A stretch of 63,024 bases of DNA from Candidatus Goldiibacteriota bacterium (GTDB lineage: Bacteria; Oederibacteriota; PGYV01): contig JAFGWA010000050.1 of assembly GCA_016937715.1 (NCBI GenBank), positions 75,311-138,334 on the forward strand. Direction: 5' to 3'. Each line of letters begins with the position of its first letter. The stretch's first letter is position 1. The position numbers were made by a program, and so were the translations under genes. Below, one piece after another: positions 19,570 through 28,317 of the stretch. Below the pieces are notes generated by a model. It searched no databases. It was not told the DNA's origin and saw only the letters and a program-made list of their open reading frames with translations.

Positions 19570-19859
19570 TTTCTTGCTTCTTCTCTGCTTTCAATGACAA
19601 GCGTATCTGTTTTAAAATTCCCGGGATTTTCGCCGTTTTTCCACCAGCACTTTAACGACAGTTTTATACTTCTGCCTTTTCTTCTGGCCCGTACCTCTAA
19701 ATTTAACAGCTCTGCCGGTTCCAGTATTATTTTTTTATCGCCGCTGCCCAGTATAATTTTGCCCTGCATAAAACCATCTTTTAACGCGTCAAGGTATTTA
19801 ATCAGCGATTCTTTATCCTGAAGCGATTCATATTCAAACTCGTCTTTCACCGTGCTCAT
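19566..19859 (-). CDS. Small amphi-Trp-like protein, paralog 3 (97 aa)
   Basis: GGAGG RBS; ...SIKLSLKCWWKNG... aligns with paralogs 1 and 2; ATGA overlap with downstream gene. Confidence 0.75.
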   Translation of the reverse strand: MSTVKDEFEYESLQDKESLIKYLDALKDGFMQGKIILGSGDKKIILEPAELLNLEVRARRKGRSIKLSLKCWWKNGENPGNFKTDTLVIESREEARK

Positions 19860-19872
19860 TTAACACCTCCGC

Positions 19873-21036
19873 TTAAAGCCTGTTTTTATACTCTTTAATT
19901 GTTTTCTCTTTTGAAAAACCGCATTTTTTCAGCGCATTTTGTATTTCCGGTTCTTTCCATGCCGGCTGAAACCCTATCTCCCTTTTTGATTTTTCCGCTT
20001 CCTGAAGCTCCTTGGGGCGTACTTTTTCCCCAAGATGCGTGTCATCTCCCATAAATACCAGTTTTCTTCTTTTTGATTTATTATTAGCGGTTACATTAAT
20101 AAGAAATTCCGTGAATTCTCTTGACTGCGGATTCCACACTTCAAAACCGTCAATATCATAATCAGCCAGCAGTATAGGCCAGAATTGCTCCGGGTGAGGG
20201 ACAACTATTCCCGCCCCCGCCACCCTTGCTTCTTCAATCACTTCATGCGTGTTAAAAAAGTAATCATGGCTGAATCCTTTTTTCACTTCTTCCTTCACGG
20301 CTTTAAGAAACAACTGGCACATGTCTATAACTCTCGCGTCATATACATTCCGAAGCTCATCAAAAAAATTCCTGATAAGTTTGTTTTTAATAATACCCGG
20401 CAGTATAAATTTTTCATTCTGCCTGAAAAGGGCCGCAAACTTTTTCGCGTATATTACCGTAAATTCAACAAGTTCCGCCGGTACCCCTGTTGCTTCAGCG
20501 GCAGTTTTTTTAATCTTTTTTTCTGCGGGCGACATTCCGTTTAACGCGTTTAAAAACTCATACATCTGGCTTGAACGGTATAAAAAGGTGTGTGATATCA
20601 TTGATACAAGTTTCGCCGCCTTTTCAGATTTAAAACCCTTAAAATGCAGAAGCAGCTGGACTTTCCTGTTGAATTCCGGAGAAAAACAGTCAACTTCAAC
20701 CCCGGAAAAACCCTCAAGTTCAAGTATTTCGTTATGCTGCGTCGGAATAATAAGGCTGTCTGCCGCATTCGGAAAAGACGCTTTTACCCTTCTTAAAGCA
20801 AGGTCAACAGGTACAAATTCCGGATGCCAGTGAACGGCAAGCACAGCAGTTTCTTTAGTGTCAACTAATTCCGGTAAAATCAGTTCTTTTTCTTTTTCAG
20901 GGCTGATTCCGCAAAATATAACTTTTCTTAAATATTCCGCGTCCTTATCCGTAACTTCCCGCGGAATATCGCTGATTTCACGGATAGCGCCGCCGCTTTC
21001 GCGCCGGCTGATTCCTTTAACTTTAATTTTATTCAT
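19873..21036 (-). CDS. Hypothetical protein, possibly a divergent PHP-like metal phosphoesterase (387 aa)
   Basis: GAGGAG RBS. Candidate metal ligands in PHP-like order: HWHPE, PTQHNE, VVPHPE...DGFEVWN, GDDTHLG. Weak assignment. Confidence 0.4.
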   Translation of the reverse strand: MNKIKVKGISRRESGGAIREISDIPREVTDKDAEYLRKVIFCGISPEKEKELILPELVDTKETAVLAVHWHPEFVPVDLALRRVKASFPNAADSLIIPTQHNEILELEGFSGVEVDCFSPEFNRKVQLLLHFKGFKSEKAAKLVSMISHTFLYRSSQMYEFLNALNGMSPAEKKIKKTAAEATGVPAELVEFTVIYAKKFAALFRQNEKFILPGIIKNKLIRNFFDELRNVYDARVIDMCQLFLKAVKEEVKKGFSHDYFFNTHEVIEEARVAGAGIVVPHPEQFWPILLADYDIDGFEVWNPQSREFTEFLINVTANNKSKRRKLVFMGDDTHLGEKVRPKELQEAEKSKREIGFQPAWKEPEIQNALKKCGFSKEKTIKEYKNRL

Positions 21037-21125
21037 CTATTCTCCTCAATTGTCTTTATCAGAGAGATTATGCCCTGTGTTTGTGAAAATCCATTAAAGT
21101 ATTTATTAACTTTCTATAAAGCGCC

Positions 21126-21153
21126 CTTAACAAAATAATAACCCTGTCTTAAT
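21126..21153 (+). promoter_or_regulatory. Three direct repeats CTTAAC / AATAAC / CTTAAT at exact 11-bp spacing (candidate OmpR/PhoB-family box)
   Basis: Repeats begin at 21126, 21137 and 21148. TAATAT, a -10-like hexamer, lies 13 nt downstream. The region sits in the divergent promoter between 21036 and 21207. Confidence 0.35.
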
Positions 21154-21206
21154 CGTAAATACCCTCTAATATTGTTTAATTAGTCAGGTACACAAAGGAG
21201 AACATT

Positions 21207-23615
21207 ATGAAAAAAGCAGACCTGCACGTGCATTCAAGTTTTTCAGACAGGCCTTCGGAATGGTTTCTTCAGAAACTTGGCACGGCGGAATCATACACCG
21301 CCCCTGAATTTATTTATAAAAAGTGCATGGAAGCCGGTATGGATTTTGTCACGGTAACCGATCATAACTGCATAAAGGCATCAATGATACTTAAGAAACT
21401 GCACCCGGAAAATGTTATTCCCGGGGTTGAATCCACGGTTTATTTTCCTGAAGACGGCTGTAAAATTCACCTTTTAATTTACAATCCCACGGAAAACCAG
21501 TTCGGTGAGATTGAAAACAAAAGGGAAAACATATATAAACTGCGTGATTACCTGCTCTCTGAAAATCTGGCGCATTCCGTGGCTCACGCGACTTATTCGG
21601 TAAATAACATCCTTACTCTGGAGCACCTGGAAAAGCTTATACTTTTATTTGATGTCTTTGAAGCAAGAAACGGCGCAAGAGATTCGCACAGTAATTCCGT
21701 GTGGACAGAGGTTCTTTCATCGCTTACAGAAGAACACCTGCAGCGCCTTGAAAACAAATACCGTATCAGGCCGGCAAGCCGTAACCCCTGGATTAAGGGA
21801 ATGACCGGAGGCAGCGATGACCACGCGGGTATTTTTATCGGCAAAACCCACACAATTTTTCAGGCAGACAGCCCGCAGGAAGTTATAGACGCGTTACGAG
21901 ATAAGCAATGCAGCGCGGGCGGCAGGCATAATAATTACTTATCTTTTGTCTTTGCGATTTATAAAATCGCATATGATTTTTCAAAGACAAAAAGCTCCGG
22001 TTCCGGCGGCAGCCTTTTCAAAAGCCTGAGCGAATTTATATTCGAAAAAGACAAACTTTCATTAAAGGACAAAATGAAAGTTAACCATATTAAAAACAAC
22101 GCGAAAAAAAACGAAAACAAAGTAAATCTTCTTTTGACCAATCTGGTTGAAGAACTTGGAATGGAAAAAAATACCCCCGCGGAAAAACGTTTTGAGCTGG
22201 TTCATTCCAACGTTTCAAAAATAGCGGATACCTTTTTGACCGGCTTTTTTTCATCCCTGCAGACCGACTTTAAAAACGGGGATATAACAGCCCTTATAAA
22301 AAACATTTCAGCTTTAATCCCGGCGGGATTCCTCTCAGTTCCCTTTTTCACTTCACTGCACCACTTCAACACAAACAGGGGCCTTATTAACAGCCTGAAA
22401 TCAAAATACTGCCCCAATATGCTTTCTAAAGGAAAAAGAATCCTTTGGTTTACAGACACCTATAAAGATTTAAACGGCGTATCGGTAACTTTAAATAACC
22501 TTATGTCTCACGCGCGGCAGATGAAACGTGATATCAGCGTGGTTTCCTGCGCGGAAGAATCCCCCCTTAAACTGGATTCTATTTACAGTTTCTCCGTACC
22601 TTATTATGAAGCGTGCTCTTTGAAAATTCCGTCTATGCTTATGTCGCTTAAAAAAATATATGAATATAATCCTGATGAAATCTATATTTCAACTCCGGGC
22701 CCGGTAGGGCTTCTTGGGCTTCTGGCCGCAAAAGTACTGAACATAAAAGCCACTTCCATTTATCATACGGATTTTTCGCTTCAGGCGGCTAAAATCACTT
22801 CGGATTCCGCCATTGAAACGCTTGTTGATTCATCTTTAAAATGGTTCTATTCACTCTCTGACAGCGTTCAGGTTCCGTCCCGGGAATATATAAAAACACT
22901 TAAAAACCGCGGCTATGACACTTCAAAAATGTCCGTTTTCAGGCGCGGCCTTGACACCTCTTTAATAAAACCCGTTGAAGATGCAAGGGTAAAACTAAAG
23001 GAACAGTTTGGTATTCCGGAAAACGGCCGTGTTCTTCTTTATACCGGCAGAATATCCCGCGATAAAAATCTTGATTTTTTATCAGATGTATACCGGTCAT
23101 TGCTTCCTGAATTTCATGATCTTAAACTTCTGATTGCGGGTGACGGTCCATATTTGGACAATCTTCGCGCGAATACCGCCGGTTTAAAAGGAATATATTT
23201 TTTAGGCAGGCAGCCTCAGGAAAACATGCCCTTAATCTACTCTTCCGCGGATCTTTTTATGTTCCCCAGCGTCACGGACACTTTTGGAATGTCAGTGCTT
23301 GAAGCGCAGGCATGCGGAATTCCCGCAATAGTTTCCGACAAAGGCGGGCCGCAGGAAATCATCATAGATAAAGAAACTGGTTATGTCCTGCCGGTTTGTA
23401 AGGATCAGTGGGTTACAGCTGTCAGGGACTTTTTCAAAAACAGCAGTGAATTTCCCGCAGTGCACGAAATTATGAAATTTAAAGCAAGAAGAAACGTGCT
23501 TGAAAATTATTCCTGGGAAAAAATAATAAAATTAATAACCGGAACCGCGGCTGAAGATCAGGATGAAACTTCCGCATACAGCGAACAGGATGTGTTTACA
23601 GGGGTTCTTTGCTGA
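21207..23615 (+). CDS. Fusion protein: N-terminal PHP phosphoesterase domain + central unknown region + C-terminal GT4 (group 1) glycosyltransferase
   Basis: PHP: ADLHVHSSFSDRPSEW, DFVTVTDHN, GVESTVYF. GT4: GRISRDKNLDFL, GDGPY, FPSVTDTFGMSVLEAQACGIPAIVSDKGGPQEII. AAGGAG RBS. Confidence 0.75.
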   Translation: MKKADLHVHSSFSDRPSEWFLQKLGTAESYTAPEFIYKKCMEAGMDFVTVTDHNCIKASMILKKLHPENVIPGVESTVYFPEDGCKIHLLIYNPTENQFGEIENKRENIYKLRDYLLSENLAHSVAHATYSVNNILTLEHLEKLILLFDVFEARNGARDSHSNSVWTEVLSSLTEEHLQRLENKYRIRPASRNPWIKGMTGGSDDHAGIFIGKTHTIFQADSPQEVIDALRDKQCSAGGRHNNYLSFVFAIYKIAYDFSKTKSSGSGGSLFKSLSEFIFEKDKLSLKDKMKVNHIKNNAKKNENKVNLLLTNLVEELGMEKNTPAEKRFELVHSNVSKIADTFLTGFFSSLQTDFKNGDITALIKNISALIPAGFLSVPFFTSLHHFNTNRGLINSLKSKYCPNMLSKGKRILWFTDTYKDLNGVSVTLNNLMSHARQMKRDISVVSCAEESPLKLDSIYSFSVPYYEACSLKIPSMLMSLKKIYEYNPDEIYISTPGPVGLLGLLAAKVLNIKATSIYHTDFSLQAAKITSDSAIETLVDSSLKWFYSLSDSVQVPSREYIKTLKNRGYDTSKMSVFRRGLDTSLIKPVEDARVKLKEQFGIPENGRVLLYTGRISRDKNLDFLSDVYRSLLPEFHDLKLLIAGDGPYLDNLRANTAGLKGIYFLGRQPQENMPLIYSSADLFMFPSVTDTFGMSVLEAQACGIPAIVSDKGGPQEIIIDKETGYVLPVCKDQWVTAVRDFFKNSSEFPAVHEIMKFKARRNVLENYSWEKIIKLITGTAAEDQDETSAYSEQDVFTGVLC

Positions 23616-24219
23616 CGCTCTGCGAAGCCAATTCAGAGACCAATAACTCCATTTCTTCGCCGAATTTGTTAATTTCATTTAACAACCTTGAATTATCAAC
23701 TGCCGTAGCCGCAAATCCCGCCAGGTCAACGCACAAATCAACATCAATCTGGCTGAAAGGCTCAAGATTCCTGGTATTGTAGACTTCAAAAAAACCAAAA
23801 AATTCATCCTGTTTTCCAAGAATTGGAACTGATATAAAATTTCTGATTTTAAAAACTTTTTGAACTTCTGCCGGCATATACTGGTTTCTGTCGGTATTAT
23901 TGCAAAGGTAGGGTTTTTTGGTTTCCATAACCATCCCGGATATCCCCTTGCCCCTTTGAAACTTATATTCAAGAGGAAGCACCCTTCCATTCACACCATA
24001 TTTATTAAAGACCACTTTGGTTCTGTTGAACAGCGCGGCCGCCCCGGTCTGCGCGCCTGAAAGTTTTATGGAGCTTTCTATAAGCGCGTCCATTATATCG
24101 TCTATATCCAATAAACTATTAAGGTTTTTACCAAGATTTATAAGCATATGAAGCCTGTCCTGATACTCATAAGCGGAAGCAAGCATTTGCCTGTACCCGT
24201 TTACATTATTAATCTCCAT
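23596..24219 (-). CDS. Stand-alone GAF-domain protein
   Basis: GAF-like pattern (LLDIDDIMDALIESSIKLSGAQTGAAALF...SVPIL...FFGFFEVYN); 11-nt overlap with the cheA stop. Confidence 0.6.
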   Translation of the reverse strand: MEINNVNGYRQMLASAYEYQDRLHMLINLGKNLNSLLDIDDIMDALIESSIKLSGAQTGAAALFNRTKVVFNKYGVNGRVLPLEYKFQRGKGISGMVMETKKPYLCNNTDRNQYMPAEVQKVFKIRNFISVPILGKQDEFFGFFEVYNTRNLEPFSQIDVDLCVDLAGFAATAVDNSRLLNEINKFGEEMELLVSELASQSVSKEPL

Positions 24220-25780
24220 TGTTCACCTCTCTTATTATTTTGACACAATCCGTTATAAGCACCGGCACGCCCTTTTTATCAAAGGCAGCGCCTGAATAAT
24301 ATGTTTTTTTTAAATCTATGCACTCTACCGCCGCTGTCATACAGCTTTCAGTGACAGGAATCAAATCACATTCCAGCGCGGCTTTTAACCCTTCAAACAT
24401 AAGAACACAAAATATCCTGCTGTTTATATTTGACCGCCTGATGCCGCCAAATATACGCGCGGTTTCTACACATTTTATTTTTTCACATCCGGAATATATA
24501 AAATCAGAATTTTTTTCTCTGACAATGTTATTTTCAAACACGCACATCACAGAGGAAACATAAGCTTCCGGAAGAAGGAAAACCCTTCCATTTATAACAA
24601 TTTTTACACCATCAATCACATTAATACTGGCCGGAAGCCTGATTATAAAAGTTGAGCCCTCTCCTTTTTTTGTCTTTAGTGTTAAATTCCCCCTTAAATC
24701 TTCAACATACTGCCTTACAACATCCAGGCCAACACCTCTTCCGGAAACCGAATCAATTCCTGAGGCAGTGGAAAATCCGGGGTGTGTTATTATCTTTAAA
24801 ATCCCCGTATCATCAATAATGCTGCCCGCTTCTGCCGCTCCTGTTTTAACGGCTTTATCCATTATATCTTCGGCAGATATCCCCTTTCCGTCATCCCGGA
24901 CTGAAACAAAAAAATTTCCCTCATCAGAATATGTATTTAAAGTTATTCTTCCTTCTGGGTTTTTCCCTTTTATCACCCTTTCTTCAGGTGTTTCTATTCC
25001 ATGCCCTATCGCATTCCTTATAATATGCGCAAGGGGCTCGCTTATCCTTTCCGCAACACTTCTGTCAGCTTCATCAGCACCAAGATTATAAACAAAAGAA
25101 ACCGTCTTGCCGGAAGCACGGCACGCTGTTAAAGCGGCATTTTCCATCTTTTTCATTACAGGAGTAAGGCTTACCATATTAATACCGCCGGCGGCTGTAA
25201 AAAGCTGCGGTAAAATATGAGACAGTTTTTCAATCTCTTTTAACATGAATATTATATCTTCGTTTTTCCTGTCTTTTACTTTTTCCGCCGCAAACTTGAC
25301 TGTTTTTACACAAGCCGTTAATTTTAACACCACAGCCATTAAGGCCCTTGCTTTTTCAGGCTTTATTTTCAGATACCCTTCATTTTGCCCGTTATTGGTA
25401 TTAAAATTGGTTTTTCCGTCCGGGGACGCTCCTGAAAAATTTTTCTCACCTGAAACCGAAGCCGTTTCTTTTATCATCGCGCAAAACGCGTATAATACCC
25501 CTATAAAACCGCGGGTGTTTTTAACAGCGCCTTTTCTGAGTAAATCCAGCATATTTTCAGCGTTATGCGCTGTTTTTCCAAGCACATCAAGTTCAAGCGC
25601 GAAAGCATCCCCTTTAATTGTATGAAAAATTCTGAATAATTCCCTTGTTGAATCCTGCCCTCCGTCACGTTCAAATACAGCAAGAAGTTTTTCCGCCCTG
25701 TCAATATTTTCCGCAGTTTCAAGGTAAAAATCATCTATGATGTCTTTATCTTTCTCCTGCACAAACTTTTTTTCTGTCAT
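24209..25780 (-). CDS. cheA: Chemotaxis histidine kinase CheA (short form: Hpt, HATPase, CheW-like domains)
   Basis: Hpt phosphosite FHTIKGDA; HIIRNAIGHGIE N-box; GRGVGLDVV G-box. Confidence 0.85.
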   Translation of the reverse strand: MTEKKFVQEKDKDIIDDFYLETAENIDRAEKLLAVFERDGGQDSTRELFRIFHTIKGDAFALELDVLGKTAHNAENMLDLLRKGAVKNTRGFIGVLYAFCAMIKETASVSGEKNFSGASPDGKTNFNTNNGQNEGYLKIKPEKARALMAVVLKLTACVKTVKFAAEKVKDRKNEDIIFMLKEIEKLSHILPQLFTAAGGINMVSLTPVMKKMENAALTACRASGKTVSFVYNLGADEADRSVAERISEPLAHIIRNAIGHGIETPEERVIKGKNPEGRITLNTYSDEGNFFVSVRDDGKGISAEDIMDKAVKTGAAEAGSIIDDTGILKIITHPGFSTASGIDSVSGRGVGLDVVRQYVEDLRGNLTLKTKKGEGSTFIIRLPASINVIDGVKIVINGRVFLLPEAYVSSVMCVFENNIVREKNSDFIYSGCEKIKCVETARIFGGIRRSNINSRIFCVLMFEGLKAALECDLIPVTESCMTAAVECIDLKKTYYSGAAFDKKGVPVLITDCVKIIREVNNGD

Positions 25781-25934
25781 AAAACCCCGCTGCTGTTTAT
25801 TAAACTTTTTAATTTATTTATAATGGATCAACCGTGTTAACATTTCATTTTCTTACAGTTATTAATACATTTTTTGTATATAACATAAATAAAACACCCT
25901 CTTAACAGGTAATTAACGCCGCAAAGGCATATTT

Positions 25935-26357
25935 ATGTATATGAAAAACACAACGAAAAAACAATACGCCCTTTTTTGTTCAGGGAATATAAAGGCCGCC
26001 CTTGACGCAGGCTGCATAAAGGAAATCCTTGAAAAAATAGAGGTTTCAGAGATTCTTTTCGCGCCGGTTTCCGTAAAAGGCATAACCGGCTATAACGGCG
26101 CAATTATACCCGTATTTGACCTATCCGGATCATATTCACGCTTTCCCGGCCGGGAATCCTCCGGCAGCATAACAGCTGTAATAACCACAACAAAAGGCAC
26201 TGCAGCCATACTGTTTGACAGTTTTAACGGGATGGGTACAGGAGACGATATTAAAAACACCCAAAGTTCGCCTTTTTTACAGGAAGTGATTATTAATGAT
26301 TTGAATTACAGTTTTGTTGACCCTGAAATGCTTGTAAGCACCGGTTTTTTCAAATAA
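25935..26357 (+). CDS. cheW: CheW-like coupling protein
   Basis: CheW pattern ...ILFAPVSVKGITGYNGAIIPVFDLSG. The start could be the second ATG at 25941. Confidence 0.7.
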   Translation: MYMKNTTKKQYALFCSGNIKAALDAGCIKEILEKIEVSEILFAPVSVKGITGYNGAIIPVFDLSGSYSRFPGRESSGSITAVITTTKGTAAILFDSFNGMGTGDDIKNTQSSPFLQEVIINDLNYSFVDPEMLVSTGFFK

Positions 26358-26382
26358 CACACAAAACGGAGGAATTAACCAG

Positions 26383-28317
26383 ATGCGCGCCACACTTAAA
26401 ACCAGAATCACATTTTTTTTCCTTATCGTGGGTATAATACCGGCACTTCTAATAACTTACTTATCAATGCAAAGCATGGAAAAATCACTTAACAACCTTT
26501 CATATTCCAATATCATTTCCGTACACCAGATTAAACAGAGAAATGTGGAAAACTATTTCCGCAATAAAATAGAGCTGTCTTTAATGGCCTCTTCTAACCC
26601 TTCCATTCAGGCGGCGCTGCAGGAACTTTTAACGGCCCGCGCGGCGGGCCCTTTGGCATGGTATAACGCTCAAAAAAAGTCAGACACGGTATTAAGAAGC
26701 CTTAAAACCGCGTATGAATGTTATGACCTTATTTTTCTTGATTTAAAAGGAACCGTTATCTATTCCCTTGAACAAAAAGAAAACTTATCCGGAATTAATC
26801 TTACTTCAATAAAAGGGCTTTCAAATATAATCAAAAATTCAATTCCCGGCATATTCGTTCAGGATTATGTACTTTTACCTCAGATTGGCTATACCCCGTG
26901 CCTTTTCATCTGTTCACCGGTTTCATCAGGACAAAAAATATCGGGTATTTTATGCGCCATAATGACTCCCGGAGAAATAAACCGGCCCGTTCAGGAAGGT
27001 GAAATTTACAGAGATTCTGTTCAAAGCAGCGGAATAACACAAGCCGGTGCGAATGTAGGTGAAATTTATCTGATTGGAAACGATAAAAAAATGAGATCAG
27101 ACTCTTTCCTTGACCCCGAATATCACTCTGTTGCGGCTTCACTTGCCGGAAATTTAAAAGAAAACGGCGTGGATACCGACCCGGCGGAATCAATTGCAGC
27201 TTATGGAAGGTCTTCTACAAAAGAAACCAAAAATTACCTTGGCATAGATGTCATTTCCAGCTACTCGCCTCTTAATATACCCATGCTTAAATGGGGAATT
27301 ATAACGGAAATAGACAAAAAAAACGCTTTCCCGTTTTTGGATTCAACAAAATTTCTTATTCTTCAGATTATTATCGCAAGCGCGGCTTTAATACTTTTTA
27401 TCGCGGTTATATTATCAAAATCAATTATAAAACCTATAAATAAAGTCATAAATGACCTTATCCCGCTTTCACAAAATGTCTCTAACGCTTCAACACTGGT
27501 TGAAAAAAGCTCTAAGATGCTGGCAGAAAGCGCTTCTGACCAGGCAGCGTCCCTTGAAGAGACTTCCGCCTCTTTAGAACAGCTGTCGTCCGGGGTGGAT
27601 GCCAATGCCGAATCAGCAAAAAATGCTGATATTATGACAAGTAAAACCCAGGATCTTGTAAACGACATCAGCGACAGGACGAAAAAAACCCTTGATGCGA
27701 TAAACAAAATCAAGAAAACTTCGGATGAAACGGCGGAAATTATCGCCACAATTAATGAAATTTCATTTCAGACCAACCTGCTGGCGGTTAATGCTTCCAT
27801 TGAAGCGCGAAAAGCCGGTGAAGCCGGCAGGGGATTCGCGGCGGTGGCAGAAGAAATACGAATACTTGCGGAAAGGTCTTCAGTAGCCGCAAAGAACACA
27901 AAGAAACTGGTGGATGAAGTAAAACAGAGCGTTGAAAGCGGAGTAATGATATCCCTTCCCGCAAATGACAGTCTGAAAAAAATATCCGAAACAACAACAC
28001 AATTAAAAACAATTACAGAAAATGTTTCACACTCTTCCCTGGAACAGGCTTCCGGAATAAGCCAGATTTCCTCTTTGGTATCCGAAATGGACAGAATGAC
28101 ACAAAAAATATCAATAAGCTCCCAGTTGTCTTCTGATGAAAGCAAACAGCTTGCAATACAGGTTAACACGCTGAACAAAACCGTTGATTTGCTTTCAGAA
28201 ATTACCGGTACCAATAACATTTTACAAAAGAAATCACTTTTTCTTTCAGCGGCCGGAAACAGATTTTCCCATATTTTAAGTTTCTTTAAAAAAACGAAGG
28301 AGAAAAAAAATGATTAA
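26383..28317 (+). CDS. Methyl-accepting chemotaxis protein with periplasmic Cache-like sensor
   Basis: Two TM segments; signalling hairpin EISFQTNLLAVNASIEARKAGEAGRGFAAVAEEIRILAERS; GGAGG RBS. Confidence 0.9.
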   Translation: MRATLKTRITFFFLIVGIIPALLITYLSMQSMEKSLNNLSYSNIISVHQIKQRNVENYFRNKIELSLMASSNPSIQAALQELLTARAAGPLAWYNAQKKSDTVLRSLKTAYECYDLIFLDLKGTVIYSLEQKENLSGINLTSIKGLSNIIKNSIPGIFVQDYVLLPQIGYTPCLFICSPVSSGQKISGILCAIMTPGEINRPVQEGEIYRDSVQSSGITQAGANVGEIYLIGNDKKMRSDSFLDPEYHSVAASLAGNLKENGVDTDPAESIAAYGRSSTKETKNYLGIDVISSYSPLNIPMLKWGIITEIDKKNAFPFLDSTKFLILQIIIASAALILFIAVILSKSIIKPINKVINDLIPLSQNVSNASTLVEKSSKMLAESASDQAASLEETSASLEQLSSGVDANAESAKNADIMTSKTQDLVNDISDRTKKTLDAINKIKKTSDETAEIIATINEISFQTNLLAVNASIEARKAGEAGRGFAAVAEEIRILAERSSVAAKNTKKLVDEVKQSVESGVMISLPANDSLKKISETTTQLKTITENVSHSSLEQASGISQISSLVSEMDRMTQKISISSQLSSDESKQLAIQVNTLNKTVDLLSEITGTNNILQKKSLFLSAAGNRFSHILSFFKKTKEKKND

